A DNA stretch of 64,000 nucleotides from Squalus acanthias (lineage: Eukaryota). The stretch lies in NCBI GenBank assembly GCA_030390025.1, contig CM059432.1, positions 20,958,001 to 21,022,000 of the forward strand, given 5' to 3'. Shown here piece after piece: positions 1 to 12,905 of this stretch (positions within the stretch are counted from its first letter, which is position 1; each line of letters begins with the position of its first letter). The notes under the pieces were generated by a model that did not search any database, was not told where the DNA came from, and was given only the letters and a program-made list of their open reading frames with translations. Made by a program: the position numbers and the translations under genes.

Positions 1-128
1 GAAGGAAAAAAAATTGCAGGGCTACAGGGAAAGGGCAGGGGGAGTGGGACTATTTGAAGTGCTCTTGCAGAGAGCCGGGACGGGCCGAATGGCCTCCTTC
101 TGTGCTGTAATCATTCTATGATTCTATG
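1..128 (+). mobile_element. CR1/HER1-type LINE 3' end
   Basis: GGCCGAATGGCCTCCTTCTGTGCTGTAA followed by (ATTCTATG)2, the same tail type as the ORF-bearing CR1 copy at 35253-36840. Confidence 0.8.
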
Positions 129-527
129 CTCCTGGTGCCGCTCCTGGCCCTCTGAATATCACCCCCCTGGCCCCCCCACCCTGCTCCTCCAGCCCTCTGA
201 TGATCACCCCGGCCCCCAGGCAATCCTCCAGCCCTCCAATGATCACCCCCGGCAGCCCCCCCTGCTCTTCCTGCCCGCCCGCCGATCGTTCCCAACCGCC
301 CCCCTGCTCTTCCAGCCAACCCTCCCTCCCCTCTGCGGCCTAGTGCTGCAGGCCTATTCGCCCGCAGCCAGCCAGCCTCTAAATCTGGCTGGCTGCGGGT
401 GGGAAACAGAGGCTTCCCATGCAAATCAGGCCCTGACGTTAAATTTGTGTTTTCCCGGGTTTCCCGACCACCTGCGAGCCCCCCCCACACCCCACTCCCA
501 ACCCTCCACCCGATTAAAATTCAAGCC
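129..527. mobile_element. Partial GC-rich Harbinger-type MITE (right end only)
   Basis: Ends in AAAATTCAAGCC (reverse complement GGCTTGAATTTT), matching the TIR pattern of 30667-31872. The subterminal region resembles 31730-31872. The left end is not visible. Confidence 0.55.
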
Positions 528-614
528 GATGGCTCAGTTACAGTGCTCTGCTGTGATGCGTGGGTCTTGTACATACGGAAAGAGACTGAAGTGACGGTGG
601 CGATTTTGGGAGCA

Positions 615-724
615 GCATCACCACAAGGACTACAGCGGTTCGAGGATAACACCCACCACCATCTCCTGAGGGGTAGTATTTGCAGCCTTCCCAGTATCGC
701 CCACCTCCTGAGAACAAATAATAA
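615..724 (+). mobile_element. Degenerate 3' tail shared with the LINE at 60445-61020
   Basis: GGACTACAGCGGTTCGAGG..ACCCACCACCATCTCCTGAGGG..CGCCCACCTCCTGAGAAC aligns by eye with the LINE 3' UTR. Confidence 0.55.
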
Positions 725-1232
725 AGAGATTAAACTTGTCCTGCAGCGCAGCTTTTTATGGACTGCTACTGTATAATTAACACAGCTCTGGTGGGATTCA
801 GCAAAGGCAGGTACTTATAATTAGATTCATTTGATGGGGCATGACGAGGAGTCGGAGACAAAAAGCAGAAGCTACGGAATGGGAAATGTTGCAAGTAGTT
901 CACAGCAGGTGCGCATCGTGATATAAATTTCAAGTCAGCGTTGCTAGACAACAAAGTAACCATGTAGGTGGAAACTCTGGTGGGGAGCTGAAGGGAAGGT
1001 TCTGAGTAAGTGGTGTTTGCTGACAGTTTGGCACTTGATTCATTTCAGGTGACGCAGTCCAAACCTACTCTTCTCCCTGTAATGCGCGCAGGACTATGAA
1101 ACGCAGCTGCCAAGTATGATCGTAGCATGTACGTGATGAATATGTTTAATTGCCCTAGGTCAAATCATGTTTTCTGCTTGGGTGTTGTCAGCTGGATTGA
1201 ATCCAATATTTTTTATTCTTCAATGTGAATTA

Positions 1233-1686
1233 GAAAAGACTTGCATTTATATAGCGCCTTTCATGACCAACAGATGTCTCAAAGTGCTTTACAGCCAATG
1301 AAGTACTTTTGAAGTGTAGTCACTGTTGTAATGTAGGAAACACGGCAGCCAATTTGCTGACAGTTTGGATAGCTCCCACAAACAGCAATGTGAAAATGAC
1401 CAGATGATCTGTTTTTTTGTTATGTTGGTTGAGGGAGAAATATTGGCCAGGACATTGGCGATAACTCCCCTAATCTTCTTCGAAATAGTGCCATGGGATC
1501 TTTTACGTCCACCTCAGAGAGCAGACGGGGCCTCGGTTTAACATCTCATCCGAAAGACGGCACCTCCCTCAGCACTGCACTGGAGTGTCAGCCTAGCTTT
1601 ATGTGCTCAAGTCTCTGGAGCGGGGCTTGAACCCACAACCTTCTGACTCAGAGGCGAGTGTGCTACCCACTGAGCCACAGCTGACA
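1233..1686 (-). mobile_element. DeuSINE (SacSINE1-like) tRNA-derived SINE
   Basis: Minus strand: tRNA-like head (TGGCTCAGTGGG A box, GGTTCAAGCC B box), a central body conserved across four copies in the window, and an L2-type tail AAAGGCGCTATATAAATGCAAG. Confidence 0.85.
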
Positions 1687-2007
1687 ATGAGTCGATCTTC
1701 CTTGGTGTTGCACACAGGAAGTCAATGCCAAATATAGTCTTCAGAAGTCAAGACCAAATGCAGCCTTGAGGTGAAGCAGGGTTAGAGGGTGGGGGATAAT
1801 TGGACCAGAGCCTGCAGACATAATTCAGTAACTATTTTAAAGTCATATATTCCATCCTTATTTTTATATTTCCGTTTAAAAATTCCTGTATGCATATATA
1901 ATGAGGCTCCATATGTAAACTGAGAACCAACATTGAAAATAATGCAAACTATAACACCAGCGTTGATTAATTTAGGAACAAATTAGGAATTGGTAAAGAC
2001 CAACATT

Positions 2008-2520
2008 GGGCTGGATATTAGCCGAGGCGGGTTATGTCGGCAGGGGTGGAGGGGGGTGCAGGTGGTGGGGTGGAGTTTCAGACAGGAAACCCGGAAATCT
2101 GGGTTTCCCTGCATCCTGTGGAGTTACTCCACAGCATGTGTCTTTTGTCCATGACAGGTTCCCCGCCCGCAAGCCAGCCTGATTGACAGCATGGCTTCCA
2201 GTCAGGCGGGGAGAACTCTGGAGCAGGCCGCAGGAGCAGGTAATCCAATCCACGACCCCGGGGGGCAGCGGGGGTTCGATCGATGTTCCCTTTAAGCTGT
2301 ATGGTGAGGGAAGCTTGGGGGGCCGGGGTGGGGGGAAACTCTCCTGCTCCTTCTGGCCCACAAGTAGTGCTGTAAAGGCACTTACCTTCTCCCCAAAGCT
2401 ATCCTCGTTTCCCTTCAGCTGCTGGGTTTCCTGAGGCCTGGGAAACCCGGCCAGCCACTGCTAAACCTACAAAGCAGGTTAAATCGGAGGCTGCCAGCCT
2501 TATTGAAATGTAAAATACAA
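2008..2520. mobile_element. Harbinger-type MITE, probably truncated
   Basis: Starts GGGCTGGATATT, nearly identical to the TIR GGGCTGGATTTT at 16052-16063. The interior resembles 30667-31872. The right TIR is not convincing. Confidence 0.5.
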
Positions 2521-2524
2521 TCGC

Positions 2525-2990
2525 ATTGGCCTGCTCCCTTAGTGTAGTCTGTACCTTCCTCTGCTTCAAATATTTATCCAGTTTTCGCTTAAAAGATGCA
2601 ATGCTCTCTGCCTCAGCCATTATCTTTGGAAAAGCATTTAGTGGTCCATTGACCCTCTGTCTAAAGAAATTTCTCCTAGCCCCTCTCTTTTGTGACTTTG
2701 TCTACTTGCACTCACATTTTCAGGATATTATGTTTTTGGACCACAAGGTCTCTGTCCATTTATACCCAACAGCTTCTATTGAATGTAGGCTCCCTTTCCT
2801 TCTTTTCTTCCCAAAATGTATTATCTCACTTCTCCACACTAAATTGCAGCCATCATTTGTCTGCCCATTCCACTAACCTGCCCATCTTCTTCTGAAGTCT
2901 TTTACAGTTCTCCTTCCTGTTTACCAAACATTTGTGTCATCAGCAAATTGGCTCCTTATGCCTCACTTTTAATCATCTACCAATGATGAA
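2525..2990 (-). mobile_element. Degenerate CR1 3' fragment
   Basis: Minus-strand peptide AESIASFKRKLDKYLKQ matches the CR1 ORF2 C-terminus. Confidence 0.6.
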
Positions 2991-2994
2991 AATA

Positions 2995-3690
2995 GGATAG
3001 GGGCAGCAGATTTTTGGACGAGCTGAAGCTTATGGAGGATGCAAGATGGGAGTCATTTAGTCTGGAGGTGACAAAGACATGGATGAAGATTTCCGTGTCA
3101 GAAGCTCAGCTCTGGGTTGAATGGGATTTCAAAACTGTAGATAGTCTGTTTCAGTCTGAGACAGTGGCCACAAGGGTAATGGAAATTATGGTCAATCCAA
3201 GACTGGATGTCACACAAATGTTTTGTCAGTACAGAGACAGTGAAGGGGCAATAGAGGTGGTGGAGAGGTAGAGCTGGGTTCCATCAGCATATACGTGGAA
3301 GCTGATCCCATGTCTGACTGACGATGTCACCAAGGGGCAGCATGTAGATGAAGAGGAGGAAGGGGACTCCCGAGTTCACGCTGCAGTGCTGGGAAGAGAC
3401 ACTGTTAGAAATACTCTGGATATAATCGGATATGTAAGAGTGGAACCAAGGGAGGGCAGTCCCACCAAGCTGGACAACAGAGGAAAGGCACTGGAGGTGG
3501 ATGGTGTAGTCAACCATGTTGAAGACTGCAGAAAGGTTGAGAATGACAAAAAGGGATATAATGCACCATGGTCTCAGGTCACAGAGAATGTCGTTCATAA
3601 CTGATTAGGGCTGTTTGGTGCTAAGGGTGGGATGGAAACCTGATTGGAAGGATTCAAATAGGGAACTGCAGGACAAATGGACACAAATCT
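2995..3690 (-). mobile_element. L2-clade LINE reverse-transcriptase remnant
   Basis: LNLSAVFNMVDYTIHLQCL..GGTALPWFHSYI..GVP..FIYMLPLGDI, then a shifted FHVYADGTQLYL; these are L2-type RT motifs. Confidence 0.8.
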
Positions 3691-3699
3691 GGCATTTGT

Positions 3700-4370
3700 A
3701 TAAATTCAAAACAGTAATGGTCCCAACACCGTTCCCTGGAGCACCCCACACATTAATGCTCTTCACACTGACTTTACTCTGTTACCAAGTATCTATCCTG
3801 TTTTCAACCTTTCAGCCAAATTCTTACCCATACCCAAGATTTACCCTGAATCCTCACAGCTGAGCTTAGCAAAAAGCCTTTCCCTGAGGAACTTTGTCAA
3901 GTGTCTTCTGGCAATTTTGGTAAAAAAAAACATTTCCGGGCTTGCAGTCCACTTTCAACATCACTGGCTCAAGGAAGTTGACGAAGCAGGTTCCTTCCCT
4001 TCTTCTGTTAATTAAATTATTATTGCACAGGGTTTCAATTTCATAACTGATAGTTGATTCCATTATCTTACATGGGACTGAAGTTGGCTGCCTCTGAATT
4101 GACACACTTTGAATATGGTATCTTCCCAGTGTCCAATGTCTCCCTCAGAATGATTATCAATGCTCCACAAATCTTCTCTCTAATCTTCTTCAGCACTCTG
4201 GGAAAACTGCCGATTCCTGTGGATTTTTTATTGAAGCATTCTAGGAGCTCCATCTTAGTTATATTAAAATCATTAATTTTGCCTGAGCTAATTGCATTTG
4301 AGGAGGGTATGTTGATCATGTCTTCCCTTGTGAATACTTGGAGGAATCTTTTAAAATGTTTATTATCCTC
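3700..4370 (-). mobile_element. Old CR1 RT remnant
   Basis: PRVLKKIREKICGALIIILRETLDTGKIP and TSVPCKIMES fragments are homologous to the CR1 ORF2s in this window. Confidence 0.7.
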
Positions 4371-5117
4371 TGTTATATTTTACGTGTTTACATGCTTTTT
4401 TCTAGGTTTTTCTTCGCTTCTTTTAACATTTCCCGTTAAGAAGAAGTTATTTTTGGTTTGAAAGACAGAATTAGATATAAAATACTGGGAAATATACCAA
4501 GTTAAGTGTAAAAATCAAAATGTTCTATGGAGAATACCCAATACCCCACCCCTTTAGAATAAAAAGCTTACGATTTTTATACCTCCATCTTCAAGTATTT
4601 GATTTTTTTTATCCGGCTAAACAAGCTTCAGATACAAGTCCGTGCCCCTTGCACTTTTGCTTGAATTACTTGTTTACACATGTCATATGCCAATATTCAG
4701 GGCTCTTTTTGAGGTGTTAGCTTTTTTGAAGCTACTGCTCAACTTTTACTCGTTTTCAAGACTAGCATGTATCTCCGCTTTAATGGCTTTCCCTGGTAAT
4801 TTATTCCACATAATTGTTTCTTCAATGGTGATTAACAAGAGGTTAAAGATCTTTTTTCAAAATGAATGGGTACTAATTCTCATAATAAAGTGGCTAAAAG
4901 GACGCAGTTACTGGATTATCGCTTTCACTCTGGTTAACTCAAATGTCTTTGAACGAGAGTTGTTAGGAACTGTTCAGCTCTTAACTGAATATTAAACCAG
5001 TGCAGTCGCAGGCTTTGAAAGATCATGGTGCAAATATCATTGGGAGACAGAATTCTGGCTTCTATTCAGGAAGATCGAATCTCAAGCCCATGTACTGGTA
5101 AAGAGATTGGACTCCAA

Positions 5118-5504
5118 GGGGAAAATATATGGGTTGGCTTGCGCCTCTCGTTAGCGCCCCCGGGGGCGCTAACCTCCTAGCACCCGGGGGCGGCACCGCT
5201 AATGCCTCCCGCGAAATTCAGCAGGGGGTTAGTGGTGGCGGTTGCCGGTAGCGCCCCACGGCGGTGCGCCGCCAGCAATTGTGTCATCGCCGAGCGACGC
5301 GACGCCTTAGCTCCAGCGCACCGCGCTTTGCATCGCAGACACTGCCCAGAGGGGAAGTGGAGCGCCCGAGATAGCGCTCTGCTCCCTTGCCGGGGCGGTA
5401 AGCCCAATTTAGCGGCCAGGGCAGTCCTCCCGCACCAGGTGCTAAATGGTTGGCACTAATTCGGTTACCGCCCCCAAATGGGGCCCAACCGAATTTCTCC
5501 CCCC
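5118..5504. mobile_element. GC-rich Harbinger-type MITE
   Basis: Imperfect TIRs (GGGGAAAAT / ATTTCTCCCC) flanked by CAA at 5115-5117 and 5505-5507. Shares GCCCCATTTGGGG(G)CG.TAACC with 54857-55461. Confidence 0.6.
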
Positions 5505-6166
5505 CAAGCCTTTTACTCCAATGTCATCTTGATAGTGCAAGTAGATTTTGTTAAAGAACAACCAGTAATTGCTTGGAACTCTGTATTCAAGAAGCTGTAA
5601 TTACTTGGGTTATTTTTGGCAGTTCTAGGAGAATGATTTTTTTTTTTAAGCTACGTAATCTTGTAGGTGAAGTTCAGGATGTCCTTCTCTTTAGTGATCT
5701 ACCAACACACTGGATCTATGAATATACTGCCCACACTAGAGGTTCAATAGATTCAGTAAATGTTCATATTTTGTATAAGGTTGCAAGATAGCAGGAGCAG
5801 CTGGACATAATTGCACCAAGTATGGCTGTCACAGGGTCAAATTCAGGACACATCTGCCGTGTTAGTTCTCAGTGGCAGTGCAATCTGTTGTTGTGCAAAG
5901 TAAAACACACAAACAATTGTGCTTACTGCACCTATTCTGATTTTGTAAGGAGGATCATTTGATGGCACCGTACCTACATTGTGTATTGGAATCCAGGTAA
6001 CCCTCTGTTGCTTTTTAGTTAGAATCTCTGCCATTCATTGTCACTTCTGGACTTTATTCAATTTAGTTTAATTGAATAAAGAAATGTCAAAATAGATTGT
6101 CATCTGAAAGGGAGCACAATATCAAATTTGTAAATTACACAGACATAGGAATAAAAACAAAATATG

Positions 6167-6620
6167 AAGAGAGAAAAAGACTTTATATCGCGCCTTTCAC
6201 GATCTCAGGACATCCCAAAGCGCTTTACAACCAATGAAATACTTTGAGTGTAGTCACTGTTGTAATGTAAGAAACACGGCAGCCAATTTGCACACAGCAA
6301 GGTCCCACAAACAGCAATGTGATAATGACCAAATAATCTGTTTTTTTTTGTGTGATGTTGGTTGAGGGATAAATATTGGCCAGGACACAGGTGATAACTC
6401 CCCTACTCTTCTTTGAAATCGTGCCATAGGATCTTTTACGTCCACCTGCTAGAGCAGATGGGGCCTCGGTTTAATGTCTCATCTGAAAGACGGCACGTCC
6501 GACAGTGCTGCACTCCCTCAGCACTGCCCAGGAGTGTCAGCCTTGATTTTTGTGCTCAAGTCTCTAGAGTGGGACTTGAACCCACAGCCTTCTGACTCAG
6601 AGGCAAGCGTGCAACCCACT
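6167..6620 (-). mobile_element. DeuSINE, 3' part (split by Tx1; 5' head at 12426-12458)
   Basis: Colinear with 1233-1670. The missing head resumes at 12426 (GAGAGTGCTACCCACTGAGCCACAGCTGAC). Confidence 0.85.
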
Positions 6621-6891
6621 TTTTTTTTAAAATATACTTTATTGAACATTAAGAACATTTACAACATCGTGATCATTTCATTGTATCATACAAATCAATT
6701 CCGCCGCTCTGCACAGCCATTCCTCCACCACATTTTATCAAAACCTGAAGTTTAATTTGTCTCCCGTAACATATATTAATCGATTGTAAAATACTATCTT
6801 TAAATTCCTTTCTGAATGAAACATCCACAGAGCCTTATAATGATCTTTTAGCTTATATTTAAAATACTCTTTTAGATTGATTCTCCTCCCC

Positions 6892-9800
6892 TTAAAAAAC
6901 CAGAGCATTCCTTCTTTTCACAATCACGAATCTAGCCAAACTGAACATTAAATTAATTGCCGCTCCGCTAGACTCGGGCAGACTCTCCTGCAATCCCCAT
7001 CTCAAAATTGAGTCCCACGGGATTCCTATTCTCGCTCTTCGGTCCCCACCCAGCAAAAAAACTTCACACAACTGTCGAACATAGTACTTAAAATTATTTA
7101 ACTGCGGACATAACACCAGTAAATGGGACAGAGTCTCATCCCGTGTCCCACACACTGGGCAAGTTGCCTCCTCCACTCGTCCAATCTTGCACAAGACCGT
7201 CATGGTAAAAATCCGGTTATGAGCCAATTTGAAATCCAGTTCAATCCACTCTGGACATTTAAAATTCACCCACACTCCCTTCCAAATCCTGTTGAAGTCC
7301 AGCTGTGGGTATACACTCTGCCAAAACTCCTGACCAGCAGGTGTCTTGAATCTCCATTCTCTAAATACCTCAGAAATCTCAAGTATTACAATTGTCAAAT
7401 TGGACCAACTCTCCCCCTTTCTCCAGCAGAAAGCTTGGAAAAGCGGGACGCATTTTACTTCCTTTGGAGATTTCCGCATTTATTTCTTCCATCCAATCCT
7501 GTGGCATTGCCCTCACAATCTTCTCATACATGATCCCTATTGCTTTTTCCTCTACCTCCTGATCCTCCTCCCACACCATGTCCCTCACTATCGCTTCCGG
7601 CAACCAACCTGGAATTACCTCGTATAATATATCTTTCACACATTTAATACCAGCTTTTATAAGCTTGATTAAATAAAACCTCTCCTTCGATGTTGACCCA
7701 CCTGTTCAAAAATAAGGGCTGTTCTTAAAATTCCTCAGCCCCCTTGGGCATAAACTGCACACTTTTAAAAATTGAGCCCAAGTCTCTACAACCCCCTTAT
7801 AAAACCTAGGGAGAGGTTTAATCGAGTTCAAAAACATATTATTGTATTCCATATACAATATCCCTGCCCTCCTATCCCACTTCATTTAAAAAAAATGCTC
7901 AAAACAACTCTTCCAAAAACTTTTATTTGACTTCTGAAGAAATCTCTTCACCCATTTGATTCTAAAGGATTTTTTCTTCAAATCAATATCTGGGAAATTG
8001 AGTCCTTCCTGATTTCTCCAGTCCAATGATGGTATTGTAAGTCACCAAGGCTGGTTTCCCTTCCCATAAAAACCTCACACAAGCCTCTCGGATGGACTTT
8101 TCCGCCCACTCAGGAATATCCTCCACCGACAATAAGTACCATAGCTTAGTTAGCAGGAGAGCGGACACCACTGTCGCTCTTCCTTGCACTTTCAACCACC
8201 TTCTTTCCCATCTTCCCAAAATCTTTTTAATTTGCATAACCTTCGGTTCCCAATTTAATTGATCCACTTCATCCCTGTCTTTCTTGCACCCCATATGCAC
8301 CCCCAGAACTTCCAAAACCTCCACCACCTTAAAGGGACTTTCCTCCAACCATTCCCCCCTACCCCTTCCTGCAACCAGGCATTGGGACTTACTATAATTC
8401 ACCAAGGCTCCTGAAGCTCTACAATACTCCTCCACTACAGTCCATAGCTTTCCTCACTGACTCCCCATTTCTCAATGTTAAGGTTGTGTCATCTGCATAT
8501 TGGTGTATCACCGACACCAGCCCGGAACTGGGCACCGCAATCCCAGCTACACCATGTTTCTTTCGCATCATGTAACCTAATGGTTCTGCTACCAATGTGT
8601 ACAACAATGGGGACAGGGGACAACCCTGTCTCACTGACCTCTGTATCGGAAAATACTTGGATAAAAAACCATTACATTTAACACTGCAAAATATGTTTGA
8701 ATAAAAAAATCCTTATCCACTCAATGAAATTTCCCCGAAACCAAATGCTTCCAAAACCTTCTATAAAAACTCATGAGACACCCTATCAAAGGCTTTCTCT
8801 TGATCTATCTTTAATACATAAGACTCCCTCCCACTCTCTTCCATGAGCTCTATCGCATCTCGGATTGAGACCACAGAGTCTGCGATGTCCCGGCCTATGA
8901 CTCCATAGGACTGAGAGGGTAAAACTATCTGCAGCAACACCTCCTTCATACGATTTGCCATAACCCTCACCAAGATCTTATAATCACATTTAATAATGTG
9001 ATGGGCCTCCAATTCTTCAGATCCCCTCTGTCCCCTTTATTTTTATAAGCTTAGCTTATGACACCTCTCCTCATAGATGGGGCCAGGCTTCCCTCAATTT
9101 TAATTTCCTTAAAAACTTCTAAGAGCAATGGACTTAAAAGCTCAAAAAATTCTTTATAAAATTCTGCACTTAGTCCATCTCTAGGCTTTCCCCCCACCCT
9201 TCATTCCACTTATTGCTACTTTTATTTCCGCTAATCCTACTTCTTTGTCACACATGCTTCTCTCATCTTCCTTTAAACCCTCTTCAATAAAAGCACTAAC
9301 AATCTCCATCACCAAATTGGAAATGTCTTCTTTTGTATATAACTCTTGATAAAAGCTACTAGCCGCCTCTACAATCTCCCCACTTTCATTAATGATCTTC
9401 TCCTCAACCTTCAACTCTCCAATTAATGATAATCTCTGTCGCAGCTTCTCTTGCTCTAGAAAATATCTAGTGCATCTTTCGCCCTCCAATGCATCTTTAG
9501 CCTTTGAATGGAGAATGGCCCCCTTGCATTTTTCAGCTTGCAATAATTCCCACTCTTCCTTTAACACCCGGAACTTAGTCTCAGCTCCCTTATCCCCTCA
9601 GTCAACTGCTTTACAGACATCCGTAAACCTTTTGTTTATATTCTCTTCTCGACGCCAGTTAGCTGTTGCTCTCTTTTTCCCGTAACGTACCGAAAAAAGC
9701 TTTTACCTCATTTGAAATTGTCCCACCAAACTCTTCTTTCTTTCTTTCAAGAACAAAGGTTCCTTCTGAGCATTCTTTATTATATTTAAAATCCCTTCTT

Positions 9801-10575
9801 TACAAGCAATTTCTTTCAGGTATTGATTGTTTAAAATCCACACCCCTGAACCGATCTTAACTCTGCTGTTCCTAATTCTAAGAACCAAAGCCGAGTGGTC
9901 ACTAAACAAAACTTTTTTATAATAAATCTCCATCACCTCAGAACTTAACCCTTCCCGCATTAACACAAAATCTATTCGGCTCGGTTTTTAAAACATCGCC
10001 CACCCAACCTGTTCTGGAGGATTCCCTTTTTATGGGGTTCCAGTCCCTCCATAAGTCTCTCAAATTTAAATTTGCCATCATTTTTACAATCTTCCCTCTG
10101 GAGTTATCATCCTTAAAGGTCATCTGGGCTGAAATGTCCATCCGAGATAGAAATACATTAAAATCCCCCACTATACAAGGGTTTTCCACCTCTGCCACTT
10201 CAGTGAATAACCCCCGAAAAAAACTCGCGACGCTTGCAATGGTCGTTCGGTGCATAGATATTAAAGAGATCGCAATTAAATTCCTTCATTTTTACCCTTA
10301 GCCATAAAAATCTCCCCTTAGTGTCCTTGTCCACCAAGGCAACGTTCTCTTTTATGGACGGATTCACCAAAACAGCCACCCCTCTACGGTTATTGTTTGC
10401 ACAACTTGCAAACACCTCTTCCTTCCAAACCTTCCGAACTCTTTCTAGGATATCCTCATCCCAAAAGGTTTCTTGCAGACACAACAAGTCCATGCCTTTA
10501 AAACCCTGCAACAACTGCTGCAATTTCTTCTCACCCCTCAGTCCGTTTACATTAAATCGAGACCAATGTAATCAT
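6892..10575 (-). pseudogene. Tx1 ORF2 (APE endonuclease, reverse transcriptase, C-terminal zinc finger), frameshifted
   Basis: Fragments MITLVS..NVNGLR, LCLQET, GDFNV, FSDH, IDQEKAFDRVSH, RQGCPLSPLLY, HQYADD, CPVCGTRDETLSHLLVLC, broken by many stops and frameshifts. Confidence 0.9.
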
Positions 10576-10613
10576 GGCTCCGAAGAAGGGAAGTATGCCT
10601 GATAATCTCCCCA

Positions 10614-12240
10614 TCATTTAATCTCTGGCCCTTCCCTCCTCTCATGCTCCTTCCCAACTTTTCGGCCAGCTGTTGCTTTTTCCTGCAGCGTCCAACCCTT
10701 TGTCACCTCCTGTTTGAACGTTCCCTGCTGTTTCAGCCTCTTCCTTGCATTAAGTTTGGGCCAAGGAGCTGCCCTTTCTCCCTCCTGCTGCCCCTCACTA
10801 ACCTTTCCTTTTCCACATGATGCCACCCCACCCCGCACTTCCATGTCTCTGTCCCCCTCTAATTCCTCACTCTCGAGCTCTTCTGTAACCTTCTGTGCCT
10901 GCTCCCCGTCAGATACATAATCCTGCTCCGTCAGATACATCATCTCCCATAGAGAGTCTTCCTGCTATCGCGGTTTCTCCAACAGTGCCGCTCCCTTCGA
11001 CCTCATCTCCACCGCTGACCTTTGCTCCCTGATCCTTCTCTCCCTGGGACAATGGCGCACCTATATTGCTCCCTTCTGGCGTCTTTGTCTCGCCGCTCCC
11101 GTCCTGCGGCCCCTTTAAGGCTCCTGCCTCTTGCACCCTCTCCTTGTCTTGCCCCCTCCTGCTCACCGAGATGTCAGATTCCCCATCTTTCTTTGGAGTA
11201 CTTACGTTTACCATGCACCCCGCTCCCGCCTCCTCTCCCACCGGGGACCCCAGATTCTTTAGGGAGAGCTGAACCATATTATGGTTCGACTCTGCCCTCG
11301 ACCTATGCTGCTCTCTGCTGTCTTTGTTCTTTTCCACTGTACTTGGTGTGTTTTCCACCATCTCCATCCTGTTCTCTGCTCCGCAATTTTCTGCCTCTTC
11401 CTGCGCTCTTTTCTCCTTCAATTTACCAGCTGTGTCCTCCAACTGCTCCGCTCCTCTGGCCGTTCCACTCACACCTCCTGCTCCTTCTCCCATCTCCTAG
11501 TCACTCATAGGGCTTCCTTCTGCCTCACACTCACAGCGGGTGGGGCCTTTGTGACACACCCCACAGCTCTCCGCCTTGCAGCTCCGAGCGATGTGTTCAG
11601 ACTTGCCGCAATTATAACAGTACAAGTCCGGACAGTTTCTTACAAGATGGTCGTGTACAAGACAATAATAACAAACCTTCACTTGGTTATCATGCAGTAC
11701 TTGGAAGTACTGCACTCCTTCCATTGTCTCGAATTTCATGCTGCACGGTAATGACTTCACCCCCTCTGGGAACCGCATCTTTACGTAACAGGTTCCATCT
11801 GCTACCAGTGTTCCCAGATAGTATCGCCTCTTTATTGCTGAGCAAATTTTAATGTCCCACGACTCCAACTTTTTGACTAGCACATCGTCCTCAATATAAA
11901 CTGGCAAGTTTAAGAATAAGACCACCACCTCTTCCGAATATAGCAGAGATACCTCCAAGAACTTATCGCCAACCTTCAAACTGAGTAAAAGTCTTTCCAC
12001 CTCCTCTCGGCCACTGACCGTCACCTCGAACCCAACATTCGGTTTTGGTTGGCAGGCAAAGCAGCTTCCCTCGCCACAGTCCTCAGGTATCGCTTGGATA
12101 ATATCCCAAGCTCGTATCTCCTTATCCTCGCACTGAACCACCACCGTGTTTTCTTTTCCAAACCTCCTGGGGTCCCAGCCCAAATCTTTGGGCATTTTTC
12201 TTTCCCTTCCAACCACAGTTTCTCCCCTGATCAAATTCAA
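10614..12240 (-). pseudogene. Tx1 ORF1 (gag-like, CCHC zinc knuckles, long low-complexity C-terminus)
   Basis: CYYCLVHDHLVRNC and CYNCGKSEHIARSC knuckles. In-frame TAG at 11497-11499 and a frameshift near 10940. Confidence 0.85.
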
Positions 12241-12425
12241 CTTGGGAACACTGTCCTCCGAGGACTCCGGACCCCTCAGCAGCCATCTGGCTGCTGTTTA
12301 TGGGCCAAAAAGGCCCTAAAACCTGAAAAAAAAAAACCACCCCCAACTTTTTACAAGCTCACTCCAACTCCCTGCAGCAATCAGGCAACCAGTAAGACCT
12401 GCTCACTCCTAGCCCCTCCCACCTA

Positions 12426-12458
12426 GAGAGTGCTACCCACTGAGCCACAGCTGACACC
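12426..12458 (-). mobile_element. DeuSINE 5' head (continuation of 6167-6620)
   Basis: Matches 1655-1686 of the uninterrupted copy. Confidence 0.8.
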
Positions 12459-12900
12459 TATGCTGGAATGACACAGCAGGTTACTCAGAATCTGTAAAGA
12501 GAGAAGACAGGTTATTGACTTTTCAGGTATGTGACCTTTAATCAGAACTGAAGACTGGAATGCAACCAAGCATTTCAGTAAGGCTGGAAAAAGAGAGAGA
12601 AAAGGAGAAAGGGAAGTGATAGGAAATGAACAGATATGGTAATCACTCGAAAGCAGTATTTGGGTTGGATGACCTACAAACTGCTTAATAGAAGATTGAT
12701 AGATGATATAAAAGGTTAATGAGGTGTTGCAGAGACCTAAACAGGACAACAGAATAAGCAAATGATGGAGGATGAAAAGACACGGGATTGGTCTACACAG
12801 ACAAAAAGATGATAAGGCAGGGAAAAATAGAGAAAGAAACAAAAAAGGCATGCTGCAAATGCAGAAGATATGAAATTAAAACAGAAAATTAAAACAAAAC
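12459..12900 (-). mobile_element. Old Penelope-like pseudo-LTR/3' fragment
   Basis: TGCTGGAATGACACAGCAGG..TTTCAGGT..GACCTTTAATCAGAACTG is a degenerate version of 58414-58516. Its first bases appear to lie at 6150-6166. Confidence 0.6.
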
Positions 12901-12905
12901 ACATT

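Larger units (their letters stand above)
6621..12425 (-). mobile_element. Full-length decayed Tx1-clade non-LTR retrotransposon
   Basis: Zinc-knuckle ORF1, EN-RT-zinc finger ORF2, AATAAA and a poly(A) tail on the minus strand (T-run 6620-6628). 16-bp TSD at 6605-6620 and 12426-12441 (13/16 identical). Confidence 0.92.
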
